NCBI GenBank assembly: GCA_051362555.1 | Contig: CM120646.1 | Coordinates: forward strand, 3,844,001-3,908,000 | DNA: 64,000 bases | DNA from: Lingula anatina | Taxonomy: Eukaryota > Animalia > Brachiopoda | Reading direction: 5' to 3' | Shown: positions 1 to 12,931 of the stretch, one piece after another | How positions within the stretch are numbered: position 1 is the first letter of the stretch | How the letters are laid out: every line of letters begins with the position of its first letter | Translations under genes and position numbers: made by a program | Notes under the pieces: model-generated | What the model saw: the letters and a program-made list of their open reading frames with translations, nothing else | The model's database searches: none | What the model was told of the DNA's origin: nothing

Positions 1-916
1 CATTTTTGGCATGTTTTACCATACATGGGATTTTCAAAGTTCATCATCATAGTTATTGGTCTTGCAGCTTGCCAGGGTTTGATTGCATGATTTGTTTCAT
101 TCACTGAGAGTTTCTGCAGATCTATATTTTTGGAAAGAGACCCCTATACCGAAGGTGTACTTTCTCTTAAGAGACCCAATTTCATGATCTGATCCGATGT
201 TTATCTGAAGATGCGAGGTTACTCTCTGATCTTGCATATGGCTGTGTGAAGTGACATCAGAATAAGATTTAACAGGAAGCACATTTTCTGCCCTTTCCAC
301 CCCAGGATACACCAGTGACCACAATTGTGAAAAAAAAAACTTGTTCTTATATTTTACGTTACTTTATGTTATATCTATTTATTCTTTATTTCTTTGTATC
401 TCTTTTTTTAATAAATGAAACTGTTGAACCTAACCCATCATTTTTTGAGTGAAGTCCTCTTCTTTTTCAGATATGATCACAGTTTAAGCCAAGTATTAAA
501 TATAAGAAAAACTAGTTGCAGTTTAATTTTTGTCACTGTTAACAGTGCCTTATACACAGCAAAACATACATGGTCTGTTGAATACTATTGTTTACTGTCA
601 GTGGTAGAAGAGAGGTCTCCATGGCAACAGTGAAGGAAAAACTTTGAAGGCGCTAGATCAGTGTCCTTTAGGCACGATATTATACATACAAATGCATGTT
701 CTCTGTATAAACAGTGTCAGCCAGGTTTATCACTGAACAAAACTCCTCTATTTTCTTACTTAGCCAGTCAATCAGATGTTTATAGATCATTGCAGCTTTG
801 TTGACACATGTTACGTAGAGGTTGAAAGCTTTAATGAAGTTGGCGTTACTGTATTGATGTCTGCAATCTGACTGTGGTAGCAACTGCATGCTTTGTTTTT
901 CCTCCCTCCCTATTAG

Positions 917-1511
917 GAAGATTTCCTTCACGGAGTTCCAAGCATTTGAAGCTCTTCTCTCACTGCCTGATGCCATGTACGAGCTTGCTTTTCAATTGTT
1001 TGACACCAATGGTACAGGGGCTGTGTCGTATGGTAAGTGAGCATTTAGGGAAAGGGGAGTGTATTGTTGGTTTACACTACAACAATGAACAAGATTTTGA
1101 TCATAATGTACACCCAAGTGTCTTATAAAATTCACTGTCAACTTTCCGTTCAAAATGATACATGTACTGTTCTATATGTTGTTATTTTTGGTAATCCAGG
1201 CAAAGTTTCTTTTCTGTCTCTTGCATAGTAAGAGCCTTCATACATTGAACAGTTGTGTAGTATGCTTTTCACAATTGTTTTATATAATATTATTTTAAGC
1301 ATGGCATGTTTAAATGGTTAATGAATGTAAATTATATAATAATCTGCCACAAAACTTAATTTAAATGTGCATTTTGACATGGCTGGCTTACCCTTATTTG
1401 AAATATCCTTTTATTGCTAGTTTTGATCATCTTACTAGTAACCTACTAGTCAGATTACATAAAATAATTTAGTTAAAGGTAAATGCTTTGAAGTGTGCAG
1501 AATCAGTTGAT

Positions 1512-1546
<35 letters not shown>

Positions 1547-4500
1547 TTTTGTTAATTAGAAGGAATAAGTTAATCAGAAGGCAACAGCAGATCAGGCATA
1601 CTGTCTTTAAAAGCTGAGATTCTAAAGTTGTATCTTTATTATTATTATTTGTAGCTTTAAGTACACTTTATTTGATTTTTAGTTCAGAAGTAGACACTTA
1701 ACAAGAAATTTTCTGCTTTTCAGTATGTAACTCTTGTTTTGTTTAGAAATTAACCCTAGTAAGTGAATTCATATAAGAGGCTAACTCTTTGATCTATTCA
1801 ACTCAGATTTTATTCCATGATAACTTGATATCAGATGCTATGTATTTCTCTTCACAGACGAGTTTGAACAGGTCCTGAGCCATACTACACTTCATCAGTA
1901 TATTCCCTTTGACTTTAAGACAGACTTTGTCAACTTGCACTTTGGCAGGGACAAGAGGAGGGAAGTGAGCTATGCAGAGTTTACCCAGATTTTACATGTA
2001 TGTACTTGGACTCATGGTCTGTGTTTTTTGTGTGTATTTTTGTGTATTTCTTAAAACCAATCCCCTTTCAGTGGAAAGAAATCAATAGTCAGTAAATTAT
2101 ATATATATTTTTTTAATTTATTAAAGTATATGTGCCATGTAACAGGAATGAAAATGCTCAATATTTGCTCAGTTCTTTATCTATTTAATATGAACTACAT
2201 TTTGATATTTATGAGATGCAAAACTTCAGGTTATATAGAGACAAAAAATCTCTAGTAAGATGCTGAAATTTTTTTCCTCAGGATTTTCACGAAGAACATG
2301 CTCTGCAGGCATTTAGGAGGTTTGACGTAGACCACACGGGGTTTATCACCCCTCTGCAGTTCTACGATATCCTGACCTCACTCAAGAGCCATCTTCTGAC
2401 ACCTGCTGTGAAGGAGAATGTAGTGGCTGTAAGTCAGGGGGAGGCTGATGGAACAGCCACTTTTCTTGTTAAGAAACATTCTTTGTTTTTATTGATTTAT
2501 GTCAGGTGGAACAATTATTATTTGAAAAATATAATTTAAAAATAAAGCTGTACCAGAGATATTGCCAACTTAATTAGTTGCTGTTGTTGTTAGTATCATT
2601 ATTATTAATATCATTCTTTTTACATGGTTCTGAATTTGATGTTCCCCAATTGGTTGAGAGTGGCCATGTACATTAACCAGCTTTTGAATGTAGGTTTTGA
2701 TTTTTTTATGAAAAAGGCTTACCACTTCTGGGGATCACCCCCGGGTCCTCTGGCATTGGATTTCAACTTGCAAGCCACCAGAGCTGTCACACCTTTCAAT
2801 GAAAATAAAAATCTATTTACTCATACAATTTGGACGATCCACTTACCTCATTCTAATTACATATCAGGGGCGGATTTAGGCTGTCTTCTAGGTCTTCTGG
2901 AAGACGGTCAGATTTTTTAGTTAACATTGACGGATATCTAATTTTTTCGGTCAGAAGAAGGTCAAAAATGGAGGATGGATCAACAAAGATAATTTGGAAG
3001 ACTGTCAGAAAATATCTCTGGATCCGCTCCTGCATATAATGTGTTACTTCCCCTTCTATTAACACTTTGTTATAATTATGCTTCAGATGGATTGAGTTGG
3101 ATGTCACTGTGATAAGGTTGTTTTATTTTGTTACAGGTAACTTGCAGGGCCAAAGGTTCAAAGGTGACACTAACAATATCCACTCCCTCCTCCCCCCTTC
3201 TGTTTTTAAGATAATGCCTGGGCTATAATAAATGTAACAGTAACAGAACTTGACCTCCAAGTCAACTCAGTATTTATTATTGTTCTCAGTATTATACTAC
3301 CCATCTTTACCCTACCAGGACTTGAGGTTAAGTGATTTGACATGTAATTCTCCCATGGTTTAACACAACATTATAGCTTTTGTCCTATGTTACCCCACTC
3401 AGTAGACAGGGTCGGCCTATGGTTTTCATTTGGCATTTTTTTTTTCTGTGTAATTTGAAATTTGCATGGCTGTACTGTGTATTGGTTTACAATTTTTATT
3501 TGTAATTTGACAATTCAATGCTTTGGATGTGATCCCTACTCCGAGTCCTCTGAAATGGGATACGTCATAATACACTACAGTTATATTATGCTGAGTCTTC
3601 TGAAATGGGATACGTCAATAACACTATACTGCTGAGTCTTCTGAAATGGGATACGTCAATAACACTATAATGCTGAGTCTTCTGAAATGGGAAAGGTGGA
3701 TAACACTACAGTTATATAATGCTGAGTCCTCTACTAATGGGTTAGGTGGATACCACTATAGTCAAATAATGATTTTAACAATAAGACTCTATAGCACTTC
3801 TCAACCAAAAGTTCATCAGCTATGTCAGTGTTAGAGACTTCAGCTTTGGTTTCTGCATCCACCATGTGACTATACATTAGTAAGTCATTATTTCTATTTA
3901 TCTCACTGGGACAAAAACTTCTGAAAGGTTTGTAATGTGGTTACTTTGCTGTTGCACTTGCTGAAGTTTGGGGAGAAGCTGTTTGCACATTATATATCAT
4001 AGACTGAAAAATACGGTGCTTGAGGCCAACAAATTTATCTCGCACTGTAGCTTAATTATACATGTAGCTTCAATGCCTTGCGTTCATTTGATATAAATAT
4101 TTTTTAATGTTTGAATTGCTATAAATGTACTTTTTCCATTTTTGTCTTTTTTTCTTCTCTGTGATATGTCTTTACCTTAAATTTTGTTAAAAGATGCATG
4201 TGCTCACAAGACCACAAATAGATGACAGTGGTTGAACAAAAATGTTTCCTCCAAATGTAGTTGTTTTCTTTTGGTATTTGCATGCAACCTTAGAGGCAAA
4301 TCGAAGTATGAATCTTTGAATATAATTATTTTGCAAAAAAAGAAAGTAAATCTCGAAGATGTTGGTAGTTGACTAAGTATGTATTTTGGCAGAGAGACAA
4401 AAAGGTCACTGATATAAGGTTTAAAGATACAGAGAGAACACACCAGATGAGAGTTTAATCCACTCTTTTCCAGTGAGCGAAAGGAAGCATGTTCAGTTGA

Positions 4501-5821
4501 AAGCCTCTGCAGCCTTGACATATTGACCTTGACCTTATTATATTGACCTTGACCTCATATTGACCTTGTAGGTTGCTGGAAGTGACAAAGCCCACAAAGT
4601 CAGCTTCCCATACTTCACTGCCTTCATCTCCTTACTGAACAACATGGAGCTAGTAAAGAAAGTCTACTTGGTCACTACAGGAGGAAATAAAAAGGCCACG
4701 CTTACAAAAGGTATGATCTGAGTACTTTCATGTGTCCGAGTGATAAATTGTATTGACAGGTTATGACAGGTTCCAGGCTTTTGGTAGATCTCAGACATTT
4801 ACAGGCCTAAACCACTGATGCATATGGTTTATTAAATAATGTGTGTAAATGCTTATATGACACTGTGTCTGTAGAGTCACACTCAGGCCTCTTAATTCTC
4901 ACTGGGCAGTTTTCTTTAGTTAGTTTCTGGACTTACGCACAATATTTAAGAATTTTTTATAATATATATTGCAGAAAGTGTGCTTTTTAAGAATATGATG
5001 TGAAGTTTTATTATAATAATGGTATATATTTCTATTTATTGTACCACCATGGAGAACTGGTTGGAATCCATGTGCTCACGTCTTTAAAAACTACACCCTA
5101 CCTGTACATGTACAGAAATGTCAGTTTGTTTTAGTAGACAGGCCAACCAATTGTCACCCTGTATCACAGGTCAGAACTGTGTGCATATATCACAAGTCTT
5201 AAGATATGAAACTCAATACAAAGCAGTGCTGATATTCAGGGTGTGAATTGTTTGTTTCAGAGGAACTTCTCCACGAGTGTCAGTACTACACTCAGCTGAC
5301 CCCTCTAGAGGTGGACATCTTGTTCCAGTTAGTGGACGTCCTGGGGCAGCAGGGGTAAGGCAACAGGACACATACTGGACGGTCATTATGTTTATTTATT
5401 TATTTATTTATTTATTTAAGGGGTTGTTTTCACAAAAGAACCCGGGGCTGAAATTTGGTTTAAGCAAAAAGACTAAAATTTGAATTTGGATTGACCAAAG
5501 AAAGGACAGTCCAATTAATTGAAATAGCGTACTTGTATTATGACAAGAAAGGCATGGGTAACCCGGTTATGTTTTAGATCAATATATTTATTTTTATGTA
5601 AGTTGACTTGTTATGCATTTAGTAGTATTTAGTACAACTTTCCCTATAATAGCTTTCCATGATGCACTGTTTATTTATTTATTTTTTTTTTATAGACGGG
5701 TTTCCTGGAAAGAACTAGATGCTTTAGCACCATTAGATATAGAAAAAATGCCATTTAGCCAACAGTCAATTAAGGTAAGAGGGAGGAACATGGAACAGCC
5801 TGGGTTATCTAATTGTGAGTA

Positions 5822-5860
<39 letters not shown>

Positions 5861-8800
5861 CAATCTAGGGTCCTGGTAGGACATTACAGGCCTATCCAAT
5901 ATGAGCTGTGCTCTTTTAGAATGACTTGTGTTGGTTTGCTGAATATTTGTTTTAGTTGTGAAAGTATGAAGCATGATTATGGATTCTCAAGTGGTAGTTA
6001 AAGGGAACCAGAGCTCACAATATTCTAGTTACGTGTTTTACCATTTTTTGCTTAATTTTATACTTCAGATATAAGTGTAAATTGTTTTCTTCCAGGGGTC
6101 CTCGAAGGACAGGACTGGCATTCGAGTTAGTGTGTCCAACAGTTGGCTTATAGCTCAACTTAGAGCATATTTAATAACAACAGAGCATACTGTCCCGTTT
6201 AGAAATGTTTGTCTTTTAACAATAGTGTTCAAGTTGATGTCACGCCTAGCAGCAATCCACCTTACTGCTAAGGTGGACTGCTGCTTGGCTGGTGGCTTTC
6301 AGCCTGCGGGATTGATGACATCGGTTTGAACGCAACACATCTTGGGCTGTGGTTTTCAAGGGTTTTCTAGATTTCAGGGAGTATTTTCACCCACCTGGAT
6401 ACCCTACTGTGTGTAAGCTGGTGCAAATGCTCAACATCAGGCATTAAGATGGGTGTTTAACTGTTATATGTATGCATGGTTTGTTCATCATCAGTTACGC
6501 TTTATTATGTTGGTCAGCTGGAATTTTAGGTGTAATTACTAACTCTTTTGTTTTGGCATTGGTTTTTGTTATATTTAGCAATAAAGTTGAGGAGGGAAAT
6601 CTTTGTAATACTACCTTAAACAAAAACTGTTTCTGTCGTTGCACAAACAGGGATTAGCACAAGCTGGAATGAGGGAAGACTTCACTAACATTGCCAATCT
6701 GAATAAATCATAAGCTGAATAACCTGATAGTTCTCTCCTCCTTTCCAGTGTCAGACTGAATTTTTTTTCATCAAGATTGAAAAAGAGAAATGGAAAAGCC
6801 CGTTTTATAGAGTTTGTCATCTAGCTGTCTGGGTTCAGATGTGACTAGAATTGGTTGCATTTTTTTTCTTGAAATTTTAAAAGAGAACTTGAAACATTAT
6901 ATAATCTTCCAATGAAGAACATTTTGTATACAGTGGGATATTTTGGTTGCACATGCATTGAATGCTTAGGTATCTGTCCATGTCCATCATCCATAAAGTA
7001 AATTGTTTATTTGTGTGTGTGCCTTGAATGAAAAACTTAACTGCATATTCTCTATATACAGCAGACACCATATGCTAGAGCTAGGCATCACAGACTTCCA
7101 TATATGCCTTATCTTATCTGTTAACAAACTTGGCTTTCTCTCTAGGTGCAAGGTCTGAGTCAGCTGCTACTGGTAGATGCACACATTGCAGCAGAGCTTA
7201 GTGTATATACTGTATATTATAATTACGACAATGTTATTTAAAAGAATAAATTATATATGAAGAGACAGTGCAGGTTTTCTTCCTTTAGACATGTAGTTTT
7301 CAACCTGCATCAAAAATTCCTTGTCACATGGCTACCTAGTCAATGTTAGTTATGGAATTTAGAATGACTACTTTTTAAATAATTGAGACAACGCAAATCA
7401 TATAACACAGTTATGTTGTATGTAGAAAAAAATAATGTCAAAAAATTCAGATAATTTTTTTTTTTTTAAGAAAAATTTTTATGCCTGTTTTCATGTAAGG
7501 ATTTTAAAACTTCAGCCCATCATATTCTGACTGTACTTACCTCATTTCAGCACTTTTCAATACACTTTGTTATTATTTATTCCAGTTTCAAAACTTAACC
7601 TGCTGTTATTCTCACAGAACCAGTGGAGCAGGCTTCCAAAAATTTTGTCAAATGATAGATTTCTTAATTTGTCTTGAACGTTTCCTTTTACCCTTTTCTA
7701 ATTTTTGTACTGCAGATAATTAAATATAATTTATCCTTTGTAGTGTGTTAAAAGTTATTAATGTTTGTATTTTAATGCTATAGATGACAGCAGAAACCAT
7801 GGCAACAAGGGGGCGTACTATGGAGGTCTTGGAAAGTGTATACAGATTTACACTTGGCTCCTTAGCTGGAGGTAAGGGACTTTTTAATATCTGTGATTAA
7901 ACTGATTATTTATTTTAGTTTTTCATAAATTTATAATGTGTAACATGATAGTGTCCCTGGCCTTATATCTGTGTTTTAAAGAAATTGAAAAATTAAATTA
8001 TCAATATTTTTATTGAATTTAATGTGGTAATGATATTGATATTTTCTAGTAATTCTCAAAATTAATGTAGAAGAAATAGCAAGAATAAAAAAGCCTTGCT
8101 GTCTATTCTTAATTATGTTGTTACTTGGTTTATTTATTTGTCTTTCACTCTTTGATATTTTGTCTGCTCATCAGCTAGACTTAGGCTGCGTTCACATGAA
8201 AAATCTATTTTCTAAAAATTTAAAAATATATTTGCGGTATCTTGTGATGCCGGTCTGTGCCCTGAATACCCCCGCGCCCTAATTACTGCATGCGCAGCAG
8301 GAAGTTAGAAAGTAAATGGCGGTCACAGTTGCTTTTAAAAATGTGGTTGTCGATTTTGTGCAACAACAAGCACTACCACTAGCCAAATTACGCGTCTGTA
8401 TGCTTGAGTCGTCATTACTAAACTGATGAACTCCACAGCTTAGAGATACAACTGTGCATGCGTCAAGGTGTCAGAATCTCCTCGGAGCTCAGCGGAGAAT
8501 TAATTACAGCTTTGGAAGTAACTGGCTCGCGCTGCCAGTAATTACGCCGTGGGTTATTCAGGGCACAGACCGTGATCACAAGATACTGCAAATAGATTTT
8601 TAGATTTTTTGGAAAATAGATTTTTCATGTGAACGCAGCCTTAAACATGGAATCACGCCAGTCTAACATTATCTGTTCAAGTCTAACTTATTAAAGATAA
8701 AGATTCATCAGTTTCCTGTATGAATAATTTGTTTTTCCATTAGTAATTAATAGGAAGTATGTAAGTATTGAGATGGCCAAACTTGTGTTTTGTATTATTT

Positions 8801-9944
8801 TAGCTGTGGGAGCTGCGACAGTGTACCCTATAGACTTGGTGAAAACAAGGATGCAGAACCAACGTTCTGGGTCCTATGTAGGCGAATTAATGTACAAGAA
8901 TAGCTGGGACTGTGCCAAGAAAGTGGTTAGATTTGAAGGTTTCCGTGGTTTATACAGAGGTTTAATACCCCAGCTGATGGGGGTAGCACCAGAAAAGGCC
9001 ATTAAACTAACTGTAAGTAGGTCAAGGTCATTTAAGTTAAATAGGTCAAGGACAGTACATAAAATGAAGCTTTGAGCTTGTTCTTCTTAAAATCTTTGAA
9101 AAGAGACGCTATTTATGTTGATTAATCATAAAGATGGCTTTTATGTGTTGCATAATAGTATATAGTAAGAACAATTGTAGCTTTCTGTAAACTGATATCT
9201 TGTGTACTAATTATTTCAGACCAATGACTTTGTTCGAGATAAGTTTACCAACAAAGAAGGTGAAATATCACTTATAGGTGAAATCATTGCAGGAGGCTGT
9301 GTAAGTAGACCATTGTCCTGTTTACACTTTAAGTTGGACTTCCTGATATCATGATATAGAAGGTCCACCTGAAAAGGAGTTTGTTTGGTGTCTCAAACGT
9401 GTAATGTCAGTTTTAAGTATCAAACCACATGGTTTCCCGTACACAGTAACTCCAACTGTACACCCTGTCACCTGACTTTTAAGACACACCTTAATCATTT
9501 GCCATATCAGGTTGTCGTACTCTTTCACTGTTGTTGATATTATTAGAATTGAAAAAAAAGTACTGCTTCACAATATGCAATATTTAAATATGAAAACTAT
9601 AAAACCAGTTTGTTGTAGTATGGTGGGTTTATGTTTTTGGTCTTGTCTTGCAGGGTGGCGCCTCCCAGGTGATGTTTACCAATCCAATGGAAATTGTCAA
9701 AATCCGCCTCCAGGTGGCAGGTGAGATTGCCTCAGCAACCCGACCCAGTGCCATACACATCATCAGAGACCTAGGTCTCTTTGGGCTTTATAAAGTGAGT
9801 TTAGCATATAAGCCTTTAAAACACAGTTCTATAATGTGACCAATACTGTAATCCTAGTATTTCATGAAGATATCAACCTGTCTAAAGTTGCGTGAAATGG
9901 TATTAATATAATTTCTAAGCATATCACATGTGTCAATAATAATA

Positions 9945-9975
<31 letters not shown>

Positions 9976-11396
9976 CAGGGTGCCAGAGCCTGTTTTCTCC
10001 GTGATATTCCCTTTTCTGCCATCTACTTCCCCACATATGCACACACCAAGAAATCCTTGGCAGACTCCAATGGTTATAATGCTCCATACACCCTGCTGCT
10101 GGCTGGTGCTATTGCAGGTAAGGTGTCCACACTGGGGGAGAAGCTAGAGGGCACACATGCATGCACGCACACACACACACACACAAGCATGCAAGCACAC
10201 TCCAGCGCAAGTAGCATCGAGGCTAAGAGGAATTTAGATAACCGGGTAGGCACTGGTGAATAGCTAGGTAAACTTCCATCAGACTTGCTTTTGATTCTCA
10301 ACATCCATTAAGGACACACATTAAAAAGTTTAAAAATGAAGAAGATGGCACCCATTAAACAAAAAACTCAGTCTGAGTATGGAAAGGAGGGGGGATTAAA
10401 CTTAACTTTCACCTGTGTTTTTCTCTACAGGTTGCCCCGCGGCGTACCTGGCCACTCCAGCAGACGTGATCAAGACCAGACTCCAGGTAGAGGCCAGGAA
10501 GGGACAGTCCACGTACAATGGGGTCATCGATTGTGCAAGGAAAGTGTTCCGCGAGGAAGGAGGCAAAGCTTTCTTCAAGGGAGGACCAGGTGACGGGAGT
10601 TCTTGAAACTTTTCTCTAATGTACCCCAGGAAATAAATTATTTCCGACTATGGGCAAATTTCAGACTTTTTGGGAGCCAAAAAATCTCACTGACCTAACC
10701 CTATTCCATATTTCCCAACTTTTTCGCTAAACAGCAATTTCATTCCTGTCTTCATTTGATTTTCTGTAATTACCTGTAATCTACCCAGATGGGTGAAATG
10801 ACTTCAGTCTAATGCCTTGTTTTGATCACCTATTTCAGCCCGTGTGTTTAGGTCGTCCCCTCAGTTTGGTGTCACCCTGGTGGTGTACGAGCTTCTACAG
10901 AGACTGTTCCCTGTGGACTTTGGAGGAAGGTGAGCTCCCCGGAGATTTGTGTGGTTTACTTTGGTCCACTGTATGCTCAGCTTAAGTAGTATATTATCTT
11001 ATTATGATTATATCAAATTGTATAATTTGTGTTTGTTTACTTATTGAGATATGCTTTTCTATATTAAGGATATTAAGAATATACATATTTATCTACTTTA
11101 AATTTTTTGGGGTCGTTTGTTAATTTTTATAATAGTATTTGTTTTAGATAATAAATCTAGATGGCATTGAGGATATCAGGCTGTAAACCAACCTTTATTT
11201 GACCTTGTATAACAAGACTACTGTGTTGTGTTTCAGACGACCCGAGGGTTCAGCCCACAAGGCAACCATTGAAGACTTGCAGCCCGCTAATCCAGATCAC
11301 ATCGGAGGCTATAAGTTAGCTCTGGCCACATTCTCAGGCATAGAGAGCAAGTTTGGACTTTGTTTACCCAAACACAGCATACCCCAAGCTACTTAG
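917..11396 (+). CDS. SLC25A12: Calcium-binding mitochondrial aspartate/glutamate carrier (aralar/citrin, SLC25A12/13 family); 5' exons lie upstream of the window
   Basis: GT-AG exons 917-1032, 1858-1997, 2282-2428, 4572-4710, 5261-5354, 5696-5774, 7784-7871, 8804-9012, 9220-9300, 9654-9794, 9979-10117, 10431-10589, 10839-10929 and 11237-11396 (TAG) join in frame. The translation has an EF-hand region ([21 protein letters not shown]), three carrier signatures ([33 protein letters not shown]) and the aralar C-tail ([25 protein letters not shown]). An invertebrate gene would be co-orthologous to SLC25A12 and SLC25A13. Confidence 0.96.
2865..3032. mobile_element. Short non-autonomous TIR element (MITE) with a 5-bp TSD, hAT-like
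   Basis: Imperfect inverted termini CAGGGGCGGATTTAG and CTGGATCCGCTCCTG, flanked on both sides by CATAT. Confidence 0.7.
3540..3765. repeat. Intronic minisatellite, unit about 40-47 bp, about 5 copies
   Basis: Repeated GCTGAGTCTTCTGAAATGGGATACGTCAATAACACTA-like units that degenerate toward the 3' end. Confidence 0.85.
8184..8640. mobile_element. PIF/Harbinger-type MITE in an aralar intron
   Basis: Imperfect TIRs of about 100 bp (GGCTGCGTTCACATGAAAAATCTATTTTC... / ...GAAAATAGATTTTTCATGTGAACGCAGCC), with TTA duplicated at 8181-8183 and 8641-8643. A TWA TSD with GGC..GCC ends is typical of Harbinger. Confidence 0.88.
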
Positions 11397-12652
11397 GTCA
11401 CAGGTCAAGGTCAAGGTCATGCAACATATACTTTTTCCTTCATTTGCCAAAGGAAACAGTATGCAGCATAGTATGGTATTGGTAGGTCAACAGAAAGCAA
11501 ACATGTCAAGCAATAGGTGCAACATGATAAAAATGAGGGCTAATGACTTAACAGACCTTGCGTTTATCTCAGATACCTTGGTTAAGGCATTTGCTACTAG
11601 TACATATGGTACTGAGTATATCACTTCAAGAGGGATAGAGAATTTGCCCCTAGCTAATTAGGTCACTAGATTAGCTGTTTCATAGCTGACACAGGTCTGC
11701 TTCTTCATTTTCAAGATTCCATGCATGTCCTAGGCCTCTTGTTGTGTGAACATCAGAAACATTCAATTGGATATTAGATTTGTCCCATATTCATGTAGGA
11801 AACCATGAAATCTTGTTAACTAATTTCAAAATGAGCATTACTGATTGGTGTTGAGATTAATGCACAATGTGTTATAACGCTGATTGGGGTAAAAAAAAAA
11901 AAAAACTTAAATCAAGCTTGCTGCTGAATTTCAGAGTCCAATAAGGACCACATATGAAGGTTTGACAGTTTAGAAGCTAAAGCATTGGATCTGAAGTAGG
12001 GGGAAGGGGATAGTGGGTAAAAAATGGGTGTGAAATAAATCACGTATTAATTAACTAGGTCAGCGATGAAGCCATTGCTCAGTTTGTTGGTTAAAAATCC
12101 ACAGGTCTACATAGTACAGTATGCATTTTACCTCAGTTGAAATGTTTGAAGTCCTGTTATTCAAGTTTTTGGAGAAAGCATCTAGGTATGTTTGGTGTGT
12201 TTTCTGTTTTCATCTGACATAACTTAATTGCTTGTGTGTGTCCCCTGAGTAGAGTCGTGATTGTGTTTTAATGTAATTCATGCAGACTATGTTATAATGC
12301 TATTTTTGTAAATGTTTATCATATTAATTATTTTTGTTTTCATTTTGTGAGATGTTTGTAAAGTCCCTTTTTACTTTTTTTATATCATATATTTGTTTAT
12401 TTGTTTATATTCACATTGTTCAGTGTCATTTTGACCCCGTCTCTTAACTTTGTTTATGGAAACCAAGTTGAGATTGTATTGTTATTGTTTATCATGAATC
12501 TGTTACTGCTGTGTACTTAAATGTCTTTTTTGCCTTCTTGCAGCACTGTTATATATTGTAGTTACCACACTGTTATGGGTTATAGCACTGTTACATTATT
12601 GTAGAATAGGGTTTTTATGTATTTGACTTACTATAGATATTTGTGGCATTTA

Positions 12653-12931
12653 GGTCACAGTATCCAATATGTTGGTCACGGTATCCAGTATATTGGTCAC
12701 AGTATCCAGTATGTTGGTCACGGTATCCAGAATATTGGTCACAGTGTCCAGTATGTTGGTCACGGTATCCAGCATATTGGTCACAGTGTCCAGTATGTTG
12801 GTCACAATGTCCAGTATGTTGGTGACGGTATCCAGAATATTGGTCACGGTATCCAGTATGTTGGTCACGGTATCCAGCATATTGGTCACAGTATCCAGCA
12901 TGCTGACCACAGTATCTAGTGTGTTGGTCAC
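12653..12931. repeat. 21-bp minisatellite (GGTCACAGTATCCAGTATGTT-like), about 13 copies, probably in the aralar 3' UTR
   Basis: Direct tandem units are visible. The unit length is a multiple of 3, which explains the repetitive ORFs on both strands. Confidence 0.93.

Noticed and set aside
7618-7680. Third possible aralar linker exon after the CTCACAG acceptor
   Set aside because: No convincing donor before an in-frame TGA.
11394-11471. Stop-codon readthrough extension of aralar
   Set aside because: TAG-G is not a readthrough-favouring context, and the short extension has no recognisable targeting signal.
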